Origin: Auanema rhodensis
Lineage: Eukaryota > Animalia > Nematoda
Direction: 5' to 3'
DNA length: 64,000 bases
Assembly: GCA_964057225.1 (NCBI GenBank)
Contig: OZ059898.1
Coordinates: 14,880,001-14,944,000 of the forward strand
Shown here piece by piece: positions 48,402 to 60,716 of this stretch (position 1 is its first letter; every line of letters starts with the position of its first letter). The translations under genes were made by a program, and so were the position numbers. The notes beneath the pieces were generated by a model. That model was not told where the DNA came from. It ran no database searches and saw nothing but the letters and a program-made list of their open reading frames with translations.

Positions 48402-50070
48402 GGCGGGAGTGTTCGTCCGGAATGTTCTGAGGTTTTTGGAATTTTGCCAAGTTTTTCGTTGACTTGCACTAGATAGCACAACGCGAACCTGGCATAGACC
48501 TGAAGACATACTTTCCCCTTCTTTCCCTATTTTGCCTTATATGGGTTCCACAGCCTAGACTAGTATCTAATGGATTGTTTTGGCGAGTCGCGCGTCCGGT
48601 CGGCCGCGTCGCTTTCCCATAGCGGCAGGTGCTAGTGGGCGTGGCTTGGCAGTGGACACTGGTCATTACTCGACTCACCATTGGTCAGCTGCAGCCGCGT
48701 CCATTGCCGCTCGCCTCGTCAGTTGCCCTTTCAGCGTCCCTCGTGGCTCCCGTCCCAGCCATTCCTCTCTCCTACACCACCCAGATGTACGGCTTGGGTC
48801 CTTGCTGCTGCGGCTCCGTGGAGCTACCTCTCGCAGTTAGTCGTCCCCTTCCCCTTTCCCTACATATACCGATTCCGGTCCAACTCCCACACATTTCATC
48901 TGCTTTCAGATTGCAGAATAGCGCTCACGAAAAGCAATCGAGGAATACACTCGGCTATCGAGTGCTATGTTCTGATTAAGTTTATCTCGAGGCTTGTTTT
49001 CTTTATTAGTTTCCCTTTTCCATTGTTTTGAATTTTGTGGCCCGAGCTATGCATTCCGAGTACACTCATAAGGTTGTACCCGTAATGTACATAGCTTGGG
49101 TCACATGATTCGCTATAAATATAATACATATGATATATAAATCCCCTACATCATTCGGATCTATTGAAAGAAATGACTCGAGAATTTTCTCTGCACGGGA
49201 TCGCGTGGTCGCTTGTAGGCCGCTCCGCGTGACCGGTGACTATGCCTTGTTTACGCGACCAGACACGTCTTATCGACCGACCTCACCCATTGTAGTGCAC
49301 CACGTCGACCGCCAGGCGTCTATACTATATTTTTCTGTTCTTATTGTATTTTGTCTTTACGATTCCTGTAAAGTTAGGATCATTACGTTAGGGCATACAC
49401 GTATCTGAGTGTACCCGTAATGATAATGATTCCGATTTTGCAGGGATTTACTTGTACGATTTGAGTAATATATGCAGTTATATGAACATAGTTTGAAATA
49501 AATTATTTGCTATACTTTATATTAATATTATATTGTGAAACAAAATACGATTGGAAATGTGGACCTCCCTGCCAGCACTACTTTATTTTAGTACAAAACC
49601 AATTTATTTTTACCGAAGTAACGAACCGAAGCATATCGTTTGCGATCTTACTGAAAGGCCAGCCAGGATAGATAGTTAGGGAGAGGAGCAATGAACAATT
49701 GTTAGAGGGGCAGGGGCAAATACGTAGTACAGCTATAGGGTGGGGGTGCTTTGAAAAATCGATGCGAACGACGAAGAACCGACGCTGTGTTACAATCAAT
49801 CGGTGGTGTTCTGATGAGCCAGGGACTTTCAATAACTTAATCTTTCTGAAAAGTGCTATCCCCATTATCGGTGTAATATGTTGATGGTGTTATACTGAAA
49901 GAGCGTCCTTTCATATCAGTATTGGGCAGAGTAAAAGCGACCTCGGCGTCTGTTTCCTCCCTTTCTCGTGAGAGCTAATATACGAACACAAGACGATGAT
50001 GTGTTTTCGCGGTGACCTGACCCTGCCAACGAGCCATATAGATAAACAAGGCTATGGTCACTGGTAGAAG
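48402..50070. mobile_element. Cluster of degenerate LTR/TE remnants
   Basis: PPT-like GGCGGGAG|TGTTCGT at 48402-48416 with inverted ACGAACA at 49982-49988. Direct repeat TGTACCCGTAATG at 49075 and 49410; inverted similarity between 49232-49251 and 50044-50065; GC-richer than flanks. Confidence 0.4.
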
Positions 50071-50972
50071 ATTTTAGAGGCGATGATGAGAATACTAAAT
50101 GATGGCTATCTATCTACTTCTAGGCCAAAAAGAGGTCGAATGAGGGCCCTCATAAAGCCTCTGCTTTCATAATGTATATACCACGTGATAGGTCATATGC
50201 TGTATTGATTGGTTTGCTTTCGATGTATAGGGAATAGAAAAGAAAACCCAAAGAAACTGCAGCTTCTGGATAACACGAAAAACGAACAGATTCTGGTTTT
50301 AATTTCATCGAATGGGAGTCTCTATTTTGCCGATGAACCAAATCATAAATTGCAAAAGGAATTACAGTAAATAATTCGGTAAGTACGACCTTATAGTCAA
50401 TTTAATCGACAGAATATAGTCCGAAATCTTCTGAATATGAAAAGTAATTAAGAAATCTGCGACTCATTAATTTTTATTCTCGTTGACAACTTTAATAAAA
50501 CTCACAGGCATATCTTTAAGTACAAATTAAAGGGCGATATGAATTTCCAGAAGATTTCTTTGGTAGACTGCAATAGGTGTAGCGTATGGTATGGCCAGGA
50601 TTTTGTTTGTCTCATGCCGATCATAAAAAATTTCGAAATATTGGCCAATCATTGTTATCAACATTAAACTTATTGGTTAGAATACATTCAAAGTTCATAT
50701 ATTTTGCTGTTACTCAATGGGAAAACGCCATTAGTTTAGATAAAAATGTTTTTATATTGTTTTAGCCATCTTTTTTGTATCTCTAAAGGTCAATAAAACC
50801 ATTACTATTTATTGGTTTCCTTATTTTTTAAATTTATGTTACGATTGAATCGCTTATTAACTTCCACGAGTGCTTAGTTTAAATATTTAATAATCGTCCT
50901 GTACTTAAAGAGTCACATCTCGCTAAATTTTTACATTGTAACAACTGTTACTCTTCCAGATAAAAGCATCAT

Positions 50973-53900
50973 ATGCGTTCTAGTGCTAGGGGAAATCAAC
51001 CAGAAACTGTAGAAAATAAAAGGTTTTTACAATTCAAATCGGAAACTTATTAGTATATATGTATCGTACGTTTTAGAGAATGGATGGGCATTCTTTTTGG
51101 AAAAGAAGTTTTAAAGTCTATAGATTTTAGTTGTATTAGGTAGAACTTATTTCGAGTTTTATACAAAATTATGAATAAATTTCAGAAACTGTTTTTACCT
51201 TTTCAAAGAAACCCTTGGCACTTACTTAATTTTAAACGAATCTCCTACAGATTTGATATATTGCTTAGATGTGTCAGAGGTTAGCGTTATTTTCTAAAAA
51301 TATATTCGTTAATTATTTCGAATATATAATGAGTGTTATTTTCATGAGATTCAAATTAGGCTTAATATTTGTAAAGTTTCAAAATTGGGATGATTGTAGA
51401 CGAGAAGAAAAGTTTCAAAGTACTACAACCAAAATATTCGACCTCTTCCCATAATTATTTTGATTGACGATGGTATATTCGTTCAAACTTCTTAATTAAC
51501 ATTTTTCATATTGAAGCTGAACGGTCAGAGTTTTCTATACAAGATGAGTTAGCTCAACAAGTTAGAAATTTTGCATATATTTTAAAAGTTACTGGTTCTG
51601 AACTGCTTTCGATGGTGCAAACAAATGATTTTTCGGAATTTGGGTTAGTTCTCCTTATACTCAATATGGTACCCGATGGTTCTTTCGGAGATTAACTTAA
51701 TATATTTATGATTAAAACAATGAGTTCTTCAGCAATTGGTGTGAAGAATTTGTAGAGGTTGTGATGGTAGATGTTGATTTAGCTGAAATTCAAGTTAGAA
51801 AAGCTCATGTGCTAAAGGATGATTCTCAAAAAAATAGGAGGTAAACAGAGATTATAGCGAAATTATGAAAAACCTGTGGTTAATGTTTCAATTATAAAAA
51901 TCTTTTAGTGAGTTATATTATTCTGAAACTATGGAGCCTGGGGGCGAATCTATGCATGCCGTTGATATTGAAAGCATTTTAGAAGTAATTGATCAACATA
52001 ATGGAATGAATTATAATGATTTTGTGGGTCTTTTTAACATATTTCTTTTTTTAATTTTTTTTTGTTTTTGAGGTGTTTATGATTGCCATAGAGAAATTTC
52101 ATAACCGAATAGAATTGATGTTTTCATATTTTCTTGATAATGTTCAACTCCTGAAGATACTACGCATAGTATTTGATGTTCGTGATCATATAACTACGAG
52201 GACGGAAACTTTGCTGAACGAAGTTTTAAATACTATGGTTAAAACTGAGTTCGTAAAATGCAATTTCCATCTAAGTAACCTGAAAACTTAGGTTTATCAT
52301 GAAAATGTGCAAAGAAATTGAAACAGAAATCTTCAATGGAGATGTGTCTATTGAAGTTTTATGGTGGTGTTTAGAGGATATTATGTATATTTTCCTGTCC
52401 CTCAAAATGTTTTTGAATGATATGATACCTGTAAGAGCAATAGTATGTTAAACTTTTCAAAATGATTAAACAAACTTTCTATTTTTTCAGAAGATTTCCT
52501 GGGATATATACTGTGATTTTCTTCATATCATTCCTGATGGTTTTTGGAAAGAAATTCCTGAACACCTTATTGAATGGTTAAAGAATAAGGTCGATACATA
52601 TACGGTAAATAGCTAATCTGATATTCGGATAATGAAATGTGTTCTATAGGGAGAAGAACATCACCCGAAACAATATCGTAAACAAGAACATCAACATGTC
52701 TTAAATGATAATATTCCAAATCGAACAATTAATAATAGAACCCATGAAGAAAGGCCGAATAATATACCTAAAACAAGGAGGTTCATTTATATCATCACTT
52801 TGATTAAATGCAGAATTGTCTATTCTAGGGTTGTGAACGTATGGGAAGAATGTGAGAATAGACCTCCACCAAATGACTTCAGGGTAATTAATGAAATCCC
52901 ATGCAAAGCAGATATTCTAGCAATTGGTAAAAGTGATTATTCTATGTGCTTCAAATTGTAGTGCAATCTAGAACCTCCCTATTTGCGTAGAGCTATCATT
53001 GATAGTTCCTATAAGAATTCAAACCATTATCTTGATGTGGTTTTCCGATTAACTAGGGAAGACCTGCTTTCACCTCTCAGGGATGGATTACATGTATATC
53101 GTTCTAATGGTAATTGCTGAAGATATATGTTGAACATTCCGGTGATTTTGTATTACAGGAAGTACACGTTGGAATAGTTCATCTGAGGGTGCAACAAGTA
53201 CTATTGCAATATATCAAGTAAATAAAATAAGAGGTATTCAAATCAAGTTCCAAGATGGTTTGGAATTTCGCTACGTCTCAATTAGCGTAAGGCTTTACCT
53301 ATTTGAAATTTACTACAACTTATATATTAGAACATAAACTATGAAGAACGTGGTACAAACAATAGAAGTTTAATGTTTGGCCAAATAGTATGCTTATCTA
53401 ACGATAATTTTGTAGAAGATTTAAATTTGGCATTAATAGTAGAACGTTCTGAGCAGGTAAATCTTTTTATTTTATTTTGAAATATGTTTTTATGTTCAGG
53501 ATGGACTAATGCTAGGACTTTCATTTTTTGAGCGTTTTACTCCTGATGATAGTAAAAGTTATATTCTTGCTGAACCAGCAAGTTATTTGGAAGCGTATCA
53601 ACATGTTCTTAAAGTTTTCAAGGTAAATTTGAAGTTTGATATACAAAATACCTTGAAATAACGGCTTTTCTGTTCAGGGTGTAAGTCGTTTCCGAAGTTT
53701 TCCTATGGAACGTTATATTGTATATGGAAAAACAAATATGTATAAACCGCTCTATATGCGTGTAAAAGGTGATCCTGGTTTTGAGGATTCAGATGATCCT
53801 GATATTAAAGTAAGCTCAGATACTTGTAATCACTATTTATTCTTAATTCCAGAGCTTTTATGTTGAAATGCGTTCCAGTACAGAACAACGACTATGTTGT

Positions 53901-56900
53901 ACTGTTATTGATGATCCTGATTTTAATGTTCAAAAAGTGTATGTCATAACTGAACGTTTGGTAAACCTTCTGCTTTAAGTAAATTTATTTTAGAAACAGC
54001 TCAACCTATTTTTCCTAAGCGACAAGCTGCTGTAAATGAGCAAGGTAAGATTATTTTGAATACATGACCAAAAATGAAGATTTAATATTGTTTAGATAAA
54101 AAAAATATTAAAATCTATGGAGAGTTGTATGATATTGAGACACTAGAACAAAAGTTTCGATCTGATAATCTTGATCCTAGTCAGAGAACAGCTATGATAT
54201 CTGCACTAACACAAGAGCTTTCTTTAATTCAAGGTCCTCCGGGAACAGGTGGGCTCTAATACAGAAGAGATAACTATAAAATGTTTTTAGGAAAAACGTT
54301 TATTGGTGTTGAAATTGTTAGAACGATTCTGGCTAATCGTGTTCGATTCTCGAATATAAAACCTATACTCGTTGTTTGTTATACGAATGCAGCATTAGAT
54401 CAATTTTTAGAAAAACTTTATAGCAAAGTATCATATTTAAACATTATTATTGTTAAACTGGAAATATATTCTAGATTTGTCAGGACTGCGATAACAAAAT
54501 TATTAAACATGAAGGCCCTATAGCTGTTCGATTAGGAAGTAAGAGTGAGAGTAATTTTCTGGATAGGTTGTAGCTTTTGTTCAAGTTTTTATTTGGAAAA
54601 TGTTTTATAGCATGCGACTCATGAAGCAACAAGTAGTATCTGATTATAAATTCCAATTGGCAGAAAACGAGAACGTATGGAAGAAGATATTTTAAGATAT
54701 TTTGAATAATCAGCAAGCTTTATTACAGGGAAAACTTGGCAAATGCTTCGGTCAAAAACGTGCTCAAGCTAAAGAGTTATGCACATTCAATGCTATTATT
54801 AAAAATTCACAAACGTTTGTTCTATATTCTTACTATCCTAGTGATAAATTTATCTTCTCTTTCAGAAAACTTTTATGTTTTGAAATTATTAAGCAAGTCA
54901 TGTCTTCGTCGCATTTGCAACAATTCACGCAGTATCATCAGACGATGTGTTCGGGATTTAATGTAAGATTTTCGTTTCTTATATAATTTTCACATTATTA
55001 TCAGAAGGATGAAGCATTTGCTTATTGGCTCTTGGATAAGTCTGTAGAACCCAACACGACTAAAAGTATGAAAGCTTTTGCCGAGAATAAGGATGACAAT
55101 GATTTTGAGAAGCGAACATTACAAAACGCTGATAGCGTAGATGAGGAGATGTCTCTGGAACAATTATTTGCCAATTTGAATGTAATTTGTTTTTCACTAT
55201 TTATATATTTGTAACCAATAATTTAAGATGAGCTGTCAATCGACAAAGCTTGATGCTGATCAATCCGAACCTGAGAAATCTGATTATGAAGTTACCTCTA
55301 ATTAGTTGTGAAATGAGTAATATCGTATTTCCAGACAGATTTCAACTGGGATTTGGAAGAACAAGTATCTCAATATTCTGTTGAGTTGTTTGGGAAGAAA
55401 TTCGAACACCGAAAACAAATCGACGTATCTTTCAGCTTGTGCTTTGTATTTTTCTAATTTCCATATTTAGTATGATCCATATATTGTGGAAATCACAACT
55501 GAAATGGAACCACATATTATGAAGGTTTACCTTGTTTACCCAATATTATAAGATGCTCAATTATAGACGATTCCTCTGAGTTTAGCTGAAAGCAATGATA
55601 TCACTTCAATTCTTACAATCACTAAAGTTCGTCGATGGGAATTGTATAACTTTTGGGCAAAAACATTGGTAGAGTTGACTATTTTCTAGATTGATGAGTA
55701 TCGTATCGAATTTAGAGAACGCTCGTAGTCTCAAAGTTTCCTACTGAAATTGAAAAATTTAAAACTGTATGTAGAGAAACAAATAATGCCCAAATAGCTC
55801 TTGATGTGAAAGTCCTAGAAAGATCCTTGGTATTAATCAGAGTACAAGTTGATTCAGCTCACGATTTCATAGATTATAGGAGCAACAACTACTGGTGCTG
55901 CAAAAGCTCATGACATGTTACAAAAGATTGGATGTAAAGTTCTAGTAGTTGAAGAATCTGCTGAAGTGCTAATAATTTTGTATCGTTCTCATGAAAAAAA
56001 TTTACTTTAGATATTTGAAGCTCATAATTTTGCGGGTATCACTCAGTCTATAGAGCATGTAGTTCTTATTGGAGATCATCAACAATTACGGCCAAATCCT
56101 AGTATGTTTATAATAATTTGAATGAGAGTTTTTAATTCAATTTCAGGTGTTTATGAGCTTGCTAAACATTACAATCTTAATATTTCTATGTTTGAGCGTC
56201 TTATACTAAATAAAATGCCTTATAATACCCTTTTAACGCAACATAGAATGAACCCCATTATCACATCAACGATGATAAAGCCATATTTCTATCAAAAGTT
56301 AGTAAAAATATTAATATTAAATAAATATTAAATAAAAGGGAACAATATAATATTTAAGCTTACAAGATCATAGCAGTGTTTCCGAATATCCTCCTGTGGT
56401 TGGAATGGAAAAATCTTTGTACTTCTGGTCACACAAAGGTCAGGAGAGCTTTGTTGGCAACTCTTTTGTCAATAATCATGAGGTAATAGTTCTATATTAT
56501 TCACATTTTCAACTTTCTTTTAGGTTGAAATGGTACTATCACTACTGAGGTACATTTTGAAACAAAATGCATACAGTCCCCCAGAGATTTCGGTATTAAC
56601 AGCGTATTCTGAACAGCATTCTCTTCTAAAGAATGTATGTTGAAAAATCTATTATCTTATATACTCTTTTTTTCAAGGCAATTGAACATTCGTTCGGTTC
56701 ATCGTCTGAAATTGTTGTTGAAACAATTGATAGTTATCAAGGGAAGGTGAAAAATACTTAAGAAATTTGATATAATATTATATATATCTCAGGAAAACAC
56801 CATTGTAATTGTATCTCTCGTTCGATCTTTTGGTGACACAATTGGATTTCTTGCGGTTTGTTCTTATATCAATGTATTAGGCTTGATCTTTTTTTGTCAA

Positions 56901-59900
56901 CAGATTCCTAATCGCGTTTGTGTTGCTCTTACTCGAGCCAAACATGGTCTCTACATTATTGGTAATATTCATCATCTTCAAGCAAAATCTAATTTATGGG
57001 CTAATATCATGAATTCGTTAGTTCAGAAATTTTTATTCATTAATATTCAATAGAATTTAGATTACTTACTCAGGATATGGTTCAATTTTTTATTCCTTTG
57101 AAATGTCGCACCCACGGCTTTATTACAGTGAATATTGTTATAAAGAACATTTTATAATGCATGCTTTCGTTCAGGAGATTTATGATCCCAAAGATTTTCA
57201 AGAACTTGCTCCAGACGGTGGTTGCAAAGAGATATGTGGCTCAGTTCTAGATTGTGGGCATACTTGTCAACGAAAGTAAGTTCAAGTTGTTGTCTCTTTT
57301 TAACACCTTTCTAAGATGCCATCCTGGTTCTGATCACTTGGAAGATGGAGTTTGTAGGCTAAGGTGTTTGAAAGTTTGCGAGAATTCCAAGTATAATCAT
57401 CAATGTGGTAACAATTGCGGTGAGGTATGTATAGGTCAACCGTTTTGTGATTAGTCCCAAGTAGAAATGAATACGTGTCAAGCGTAAATCATTCAATACC
57501 AAGTAAAATTAACGTCAGATGATTCATTAAGGTGTGTGGAAAATGCTATCAGTTAGAATCAGTTACATTGAGTTGTGGTCATAAGGCCTACGGTGCTTGT
57601 TACTCTTTGCTTAACTTAAAATGTAAAGAACGGTAAATATATATTTCACATAAATTTTATTTCTATATAAGTTTGGTTCTAGATGTTCGAAACATTTGAA
57701 ATGTGGTCATCAATGTGCTATGAAGTGTGGAGAAGAATGTACTACAGAATGCTTAGAGGTATTTACCTATATTTTTTAATGTATTTCCTTTATACTATTC
57801 TTATAGCTGATGCCGTTCTCTCAGCCTTGTGGCCATGTAGCTCAATATCTTTGTTCAAATCCTGAAGTTGGTAATTGTACTTACGCATGTAGTGTGATTC
57901 TCAGCTGTGGACACGAATGCCAGAACTTTTGCTCTCAGCCATGCACAGACATGTGTTTACAAGTAATTATGTTCATATTTGTTTATCTCCTTTGTTTTTT
58001 TAGCTCGTCGAGCGATATTTACCATGTGGTCATTTAGCAAAAATACCTTGTTCAAGCTCTGCTGATAATTACCCATGTCCGGTGAGATTTATTTCTGCTG
58101 TTATTTATCTTTTTGTATGTTATTTAGATCCCAGTGGAGATCTTCTCAGAGTCGTGTGGCCATACCATCAGTTCCATCTGCTCTGCGGATCCGCAAACGT
58201 TATTCTGTTCTGCAAGATGCTTGCAGCCCTTAGACTGTAAGCATTTTTGCAATCGACAATGTGGTATTTGCAAGAAAGGTTTGCTTACATTTTTTCTATT
58301 TTTCATTTGGAATTATCAATTTAAGAAGAGAAGCATGTTTGTGATGAAATATGTAGCATTCCAATGAAATGTGGACATCCCTGTCTTGATCGGTATGAGG
58401 ATTGAACCTGTTTTCAAAGGAGATTGATCTTTATATCTTTCAGTTGTGGTATTCCTTGTGGTCCTTGTAAGGCAGATTGTTTAACATCTTGTACCCACCA
58501 ATCATGTGGCTCTACTTCTGTTACTTGCAAGACCGGAATCGTAAGAAAATTTTTGTCCTTCTCTCTAGTTTTTCAAACTTTGCAGTCGTTTGGGAGACTT
58601 TGCTCCGAAATCTGCGTTTTATGTTCCAGATCTTGTGATAATTATTGCGAACATCGTGGTTGTACTTTAACGTTTGTTGAAATTTAATAATATTTCGTTA
58701 TCAAAGGTTTACAGCTGTTGGGAAGTATGTGATGTAAAACCTTGCGAGGTACTTTGCTCGAAGAAATTACCATGTGGCCATGCTTGTCTTGGGATGTGTA
58801 ATGAAGCATGTCCAAGTATAGTATTATGCTTATATCATACAAAATCTGGATTATTTTTAGCTGTATGTGGCAGTTGTAATCAGAAGAAATACCTTGAAAT
58901 CGTGAATGTTCTTAACGAATTTTATACAAAGACTAGGGTTTACAGATTGCTGTCTTTACCAGCATGTGGGCACACCTTTCCTGTTCAGGTATCTCATACG
59001 CTTTTCTCTTTATATATGATAAGTTTCAGTATTTGGATGAAATATTTACTGATTGCAAGCAGAATCTGGTTTGGCCAAGGTGTCCTGCGCAGGGATGCGG
59101 CAGAGCAATCGTTGGTGTTCTTCGCTATTCTCGTATTATCAAAGAAATTGTTTTGAAACATTATCAGGTAATCACTTTTTTTCGAACTATGCCATATAAA
59201 TTACTTTAAATTGTTTTTTATAGATTGCGGAAAAAAAAAGAACCTTAAAAAATCCTATTCTCAAGACATATAACTTTGAAAAATACAAAGCTGAGCTGAA
59301 AGAGTGTTTCAAAACAATTGACAAAGCTGTTTTAGTATCAAAAGTATGTTTCCCAAATATGATTTATCATTTTATCAGAGAAACCGTTATCTTTCGATTT
59401 TTTGTTTGAAGGCACCACAAACATGAGAATGGATACAACTTCATGTTTTGATTCCTTATTTAAAGGAATGAAAACTAATTACTTTATTGTTATTGTCAAC
59501 TGAATTTTCATATATTGCAGGTTAGAAAAAGACGACATGAAATGCTCAAACCTATTAGAGAAATATGGTTAGGGTCGGCTCTACCTTCCTTCCTCTTCGA
59601 TATTAATAGGTGATTCTTATTCTCAATAGGTTTCATAGTTTTTTTTAGATCCTTCTCAGCTTTCTCTCACTTATATCTGCTTTACGTAGGTTTAATAGAA
59701 AAACTTCCAAATAAAATGACATTTGGACCAAACTTACAACGTGTTTGCGGCTTTCTAGCCAGTGGAAGTATTAAGTCATCATTGGTAACAAAAAAAAATT
59801 ACTCGTTTTCATTAGTAAAATGGATTATTAGGACGATCTACTGGACACTATAATTAATTGGTTCATAAAGCAAATGAATATTGGTGTAAGCGGAGTATTT

Positions 59901-60269
59901 ATGCCAACCATGAACAATTTGCTGTATAAACTAGCTGTTTATTTAATTGTGAATATTTATGCTCTAATAGAAAACTGATTTTTTTCATTTTTTAGATCTG
60001 TAAATTGATCGTAATATGTTTGCGAAAAGACATTGATCTCGATGTTGCACAAGCACAAAGGTTGTCAACATTATCAGCACGCGTTAGAGATACCGGTTCG
60101 AATCATAGAATTGATGATTTACTAAGTAAATTTATTTTCCTCTTTCTACTACTTTTTTATTATGCTTCCAGACAAAATTATTGATTTTATCCGAAGTTGC
60201 AAGTTATTAGAAGAAAAAGATATGAGTGAATGGAAGCAATTTTTTGAGACTCCATTCCCGAAATATTAA
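50973..60269 (+). CDS. znfx-1: NFX1-type zinc finger-containing protein 1 (SF1/UPF1-like RNA helicase), many short introns
   Basis: Exons give [87 protein letters not shown] and [11 protein letters not shown], then NF-X1 CGH..C repeats and a RING-like segment. Stop at 60267-60269, AATAAA at 60329. Start codon less certain. Confidence 0.92.
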
Positions 60270-60716
60270 CAATTTTGATTTATTTTTAGAAAAATATGAA
60301 AATTTTAAACCTGTATAATTAACATCTGAATAAAAGTTTTTCTGAAGCTATTACCAATTTTATTGGTCCCGACACGAACAGCATGAGGATCAATCGTAGC
60401 GTCAGTTGAGTTTATCAGCGTTCAATACAAACGTTTTTGCTTAAACATTTGAATTTTTCTTAATAAGCATTCTTATGTTAAATTTTCTTTGTTATTCTGA
60501 TTTAGTATGAAAAAATCTTTATTATTTCAAACTTGAAGCGTTGATAATTGATTTACATTATGTTTCTGCAATATGTTCTCGAATTGGCAAAGTTGCTAAG
60601 TCTCGAAATATATTTAAATTTACTGCATTCTTATCCACAAAAAATTATTTTTTGAATATTTATTCAGGTTTTCGAAAGGATGTTGTGATTTATTTGAAAT
60701 TCGGGTATAAGAAACG

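Noticed and set aside
39519-50341. Numerous 60-150 aa ORFs on both strands
   Set aside because: Overlapping, low-complexity, no domains or consistent splice pattern; they reflect higher GC content.
50973-60269. Functional linkage between znfx-1 (small-RNA defence) and the retroelement/tRNA array
   Set aside because: They are 20-30 kb apart with unrelated genes between; proximity alone is not evidence in a eukaryote.
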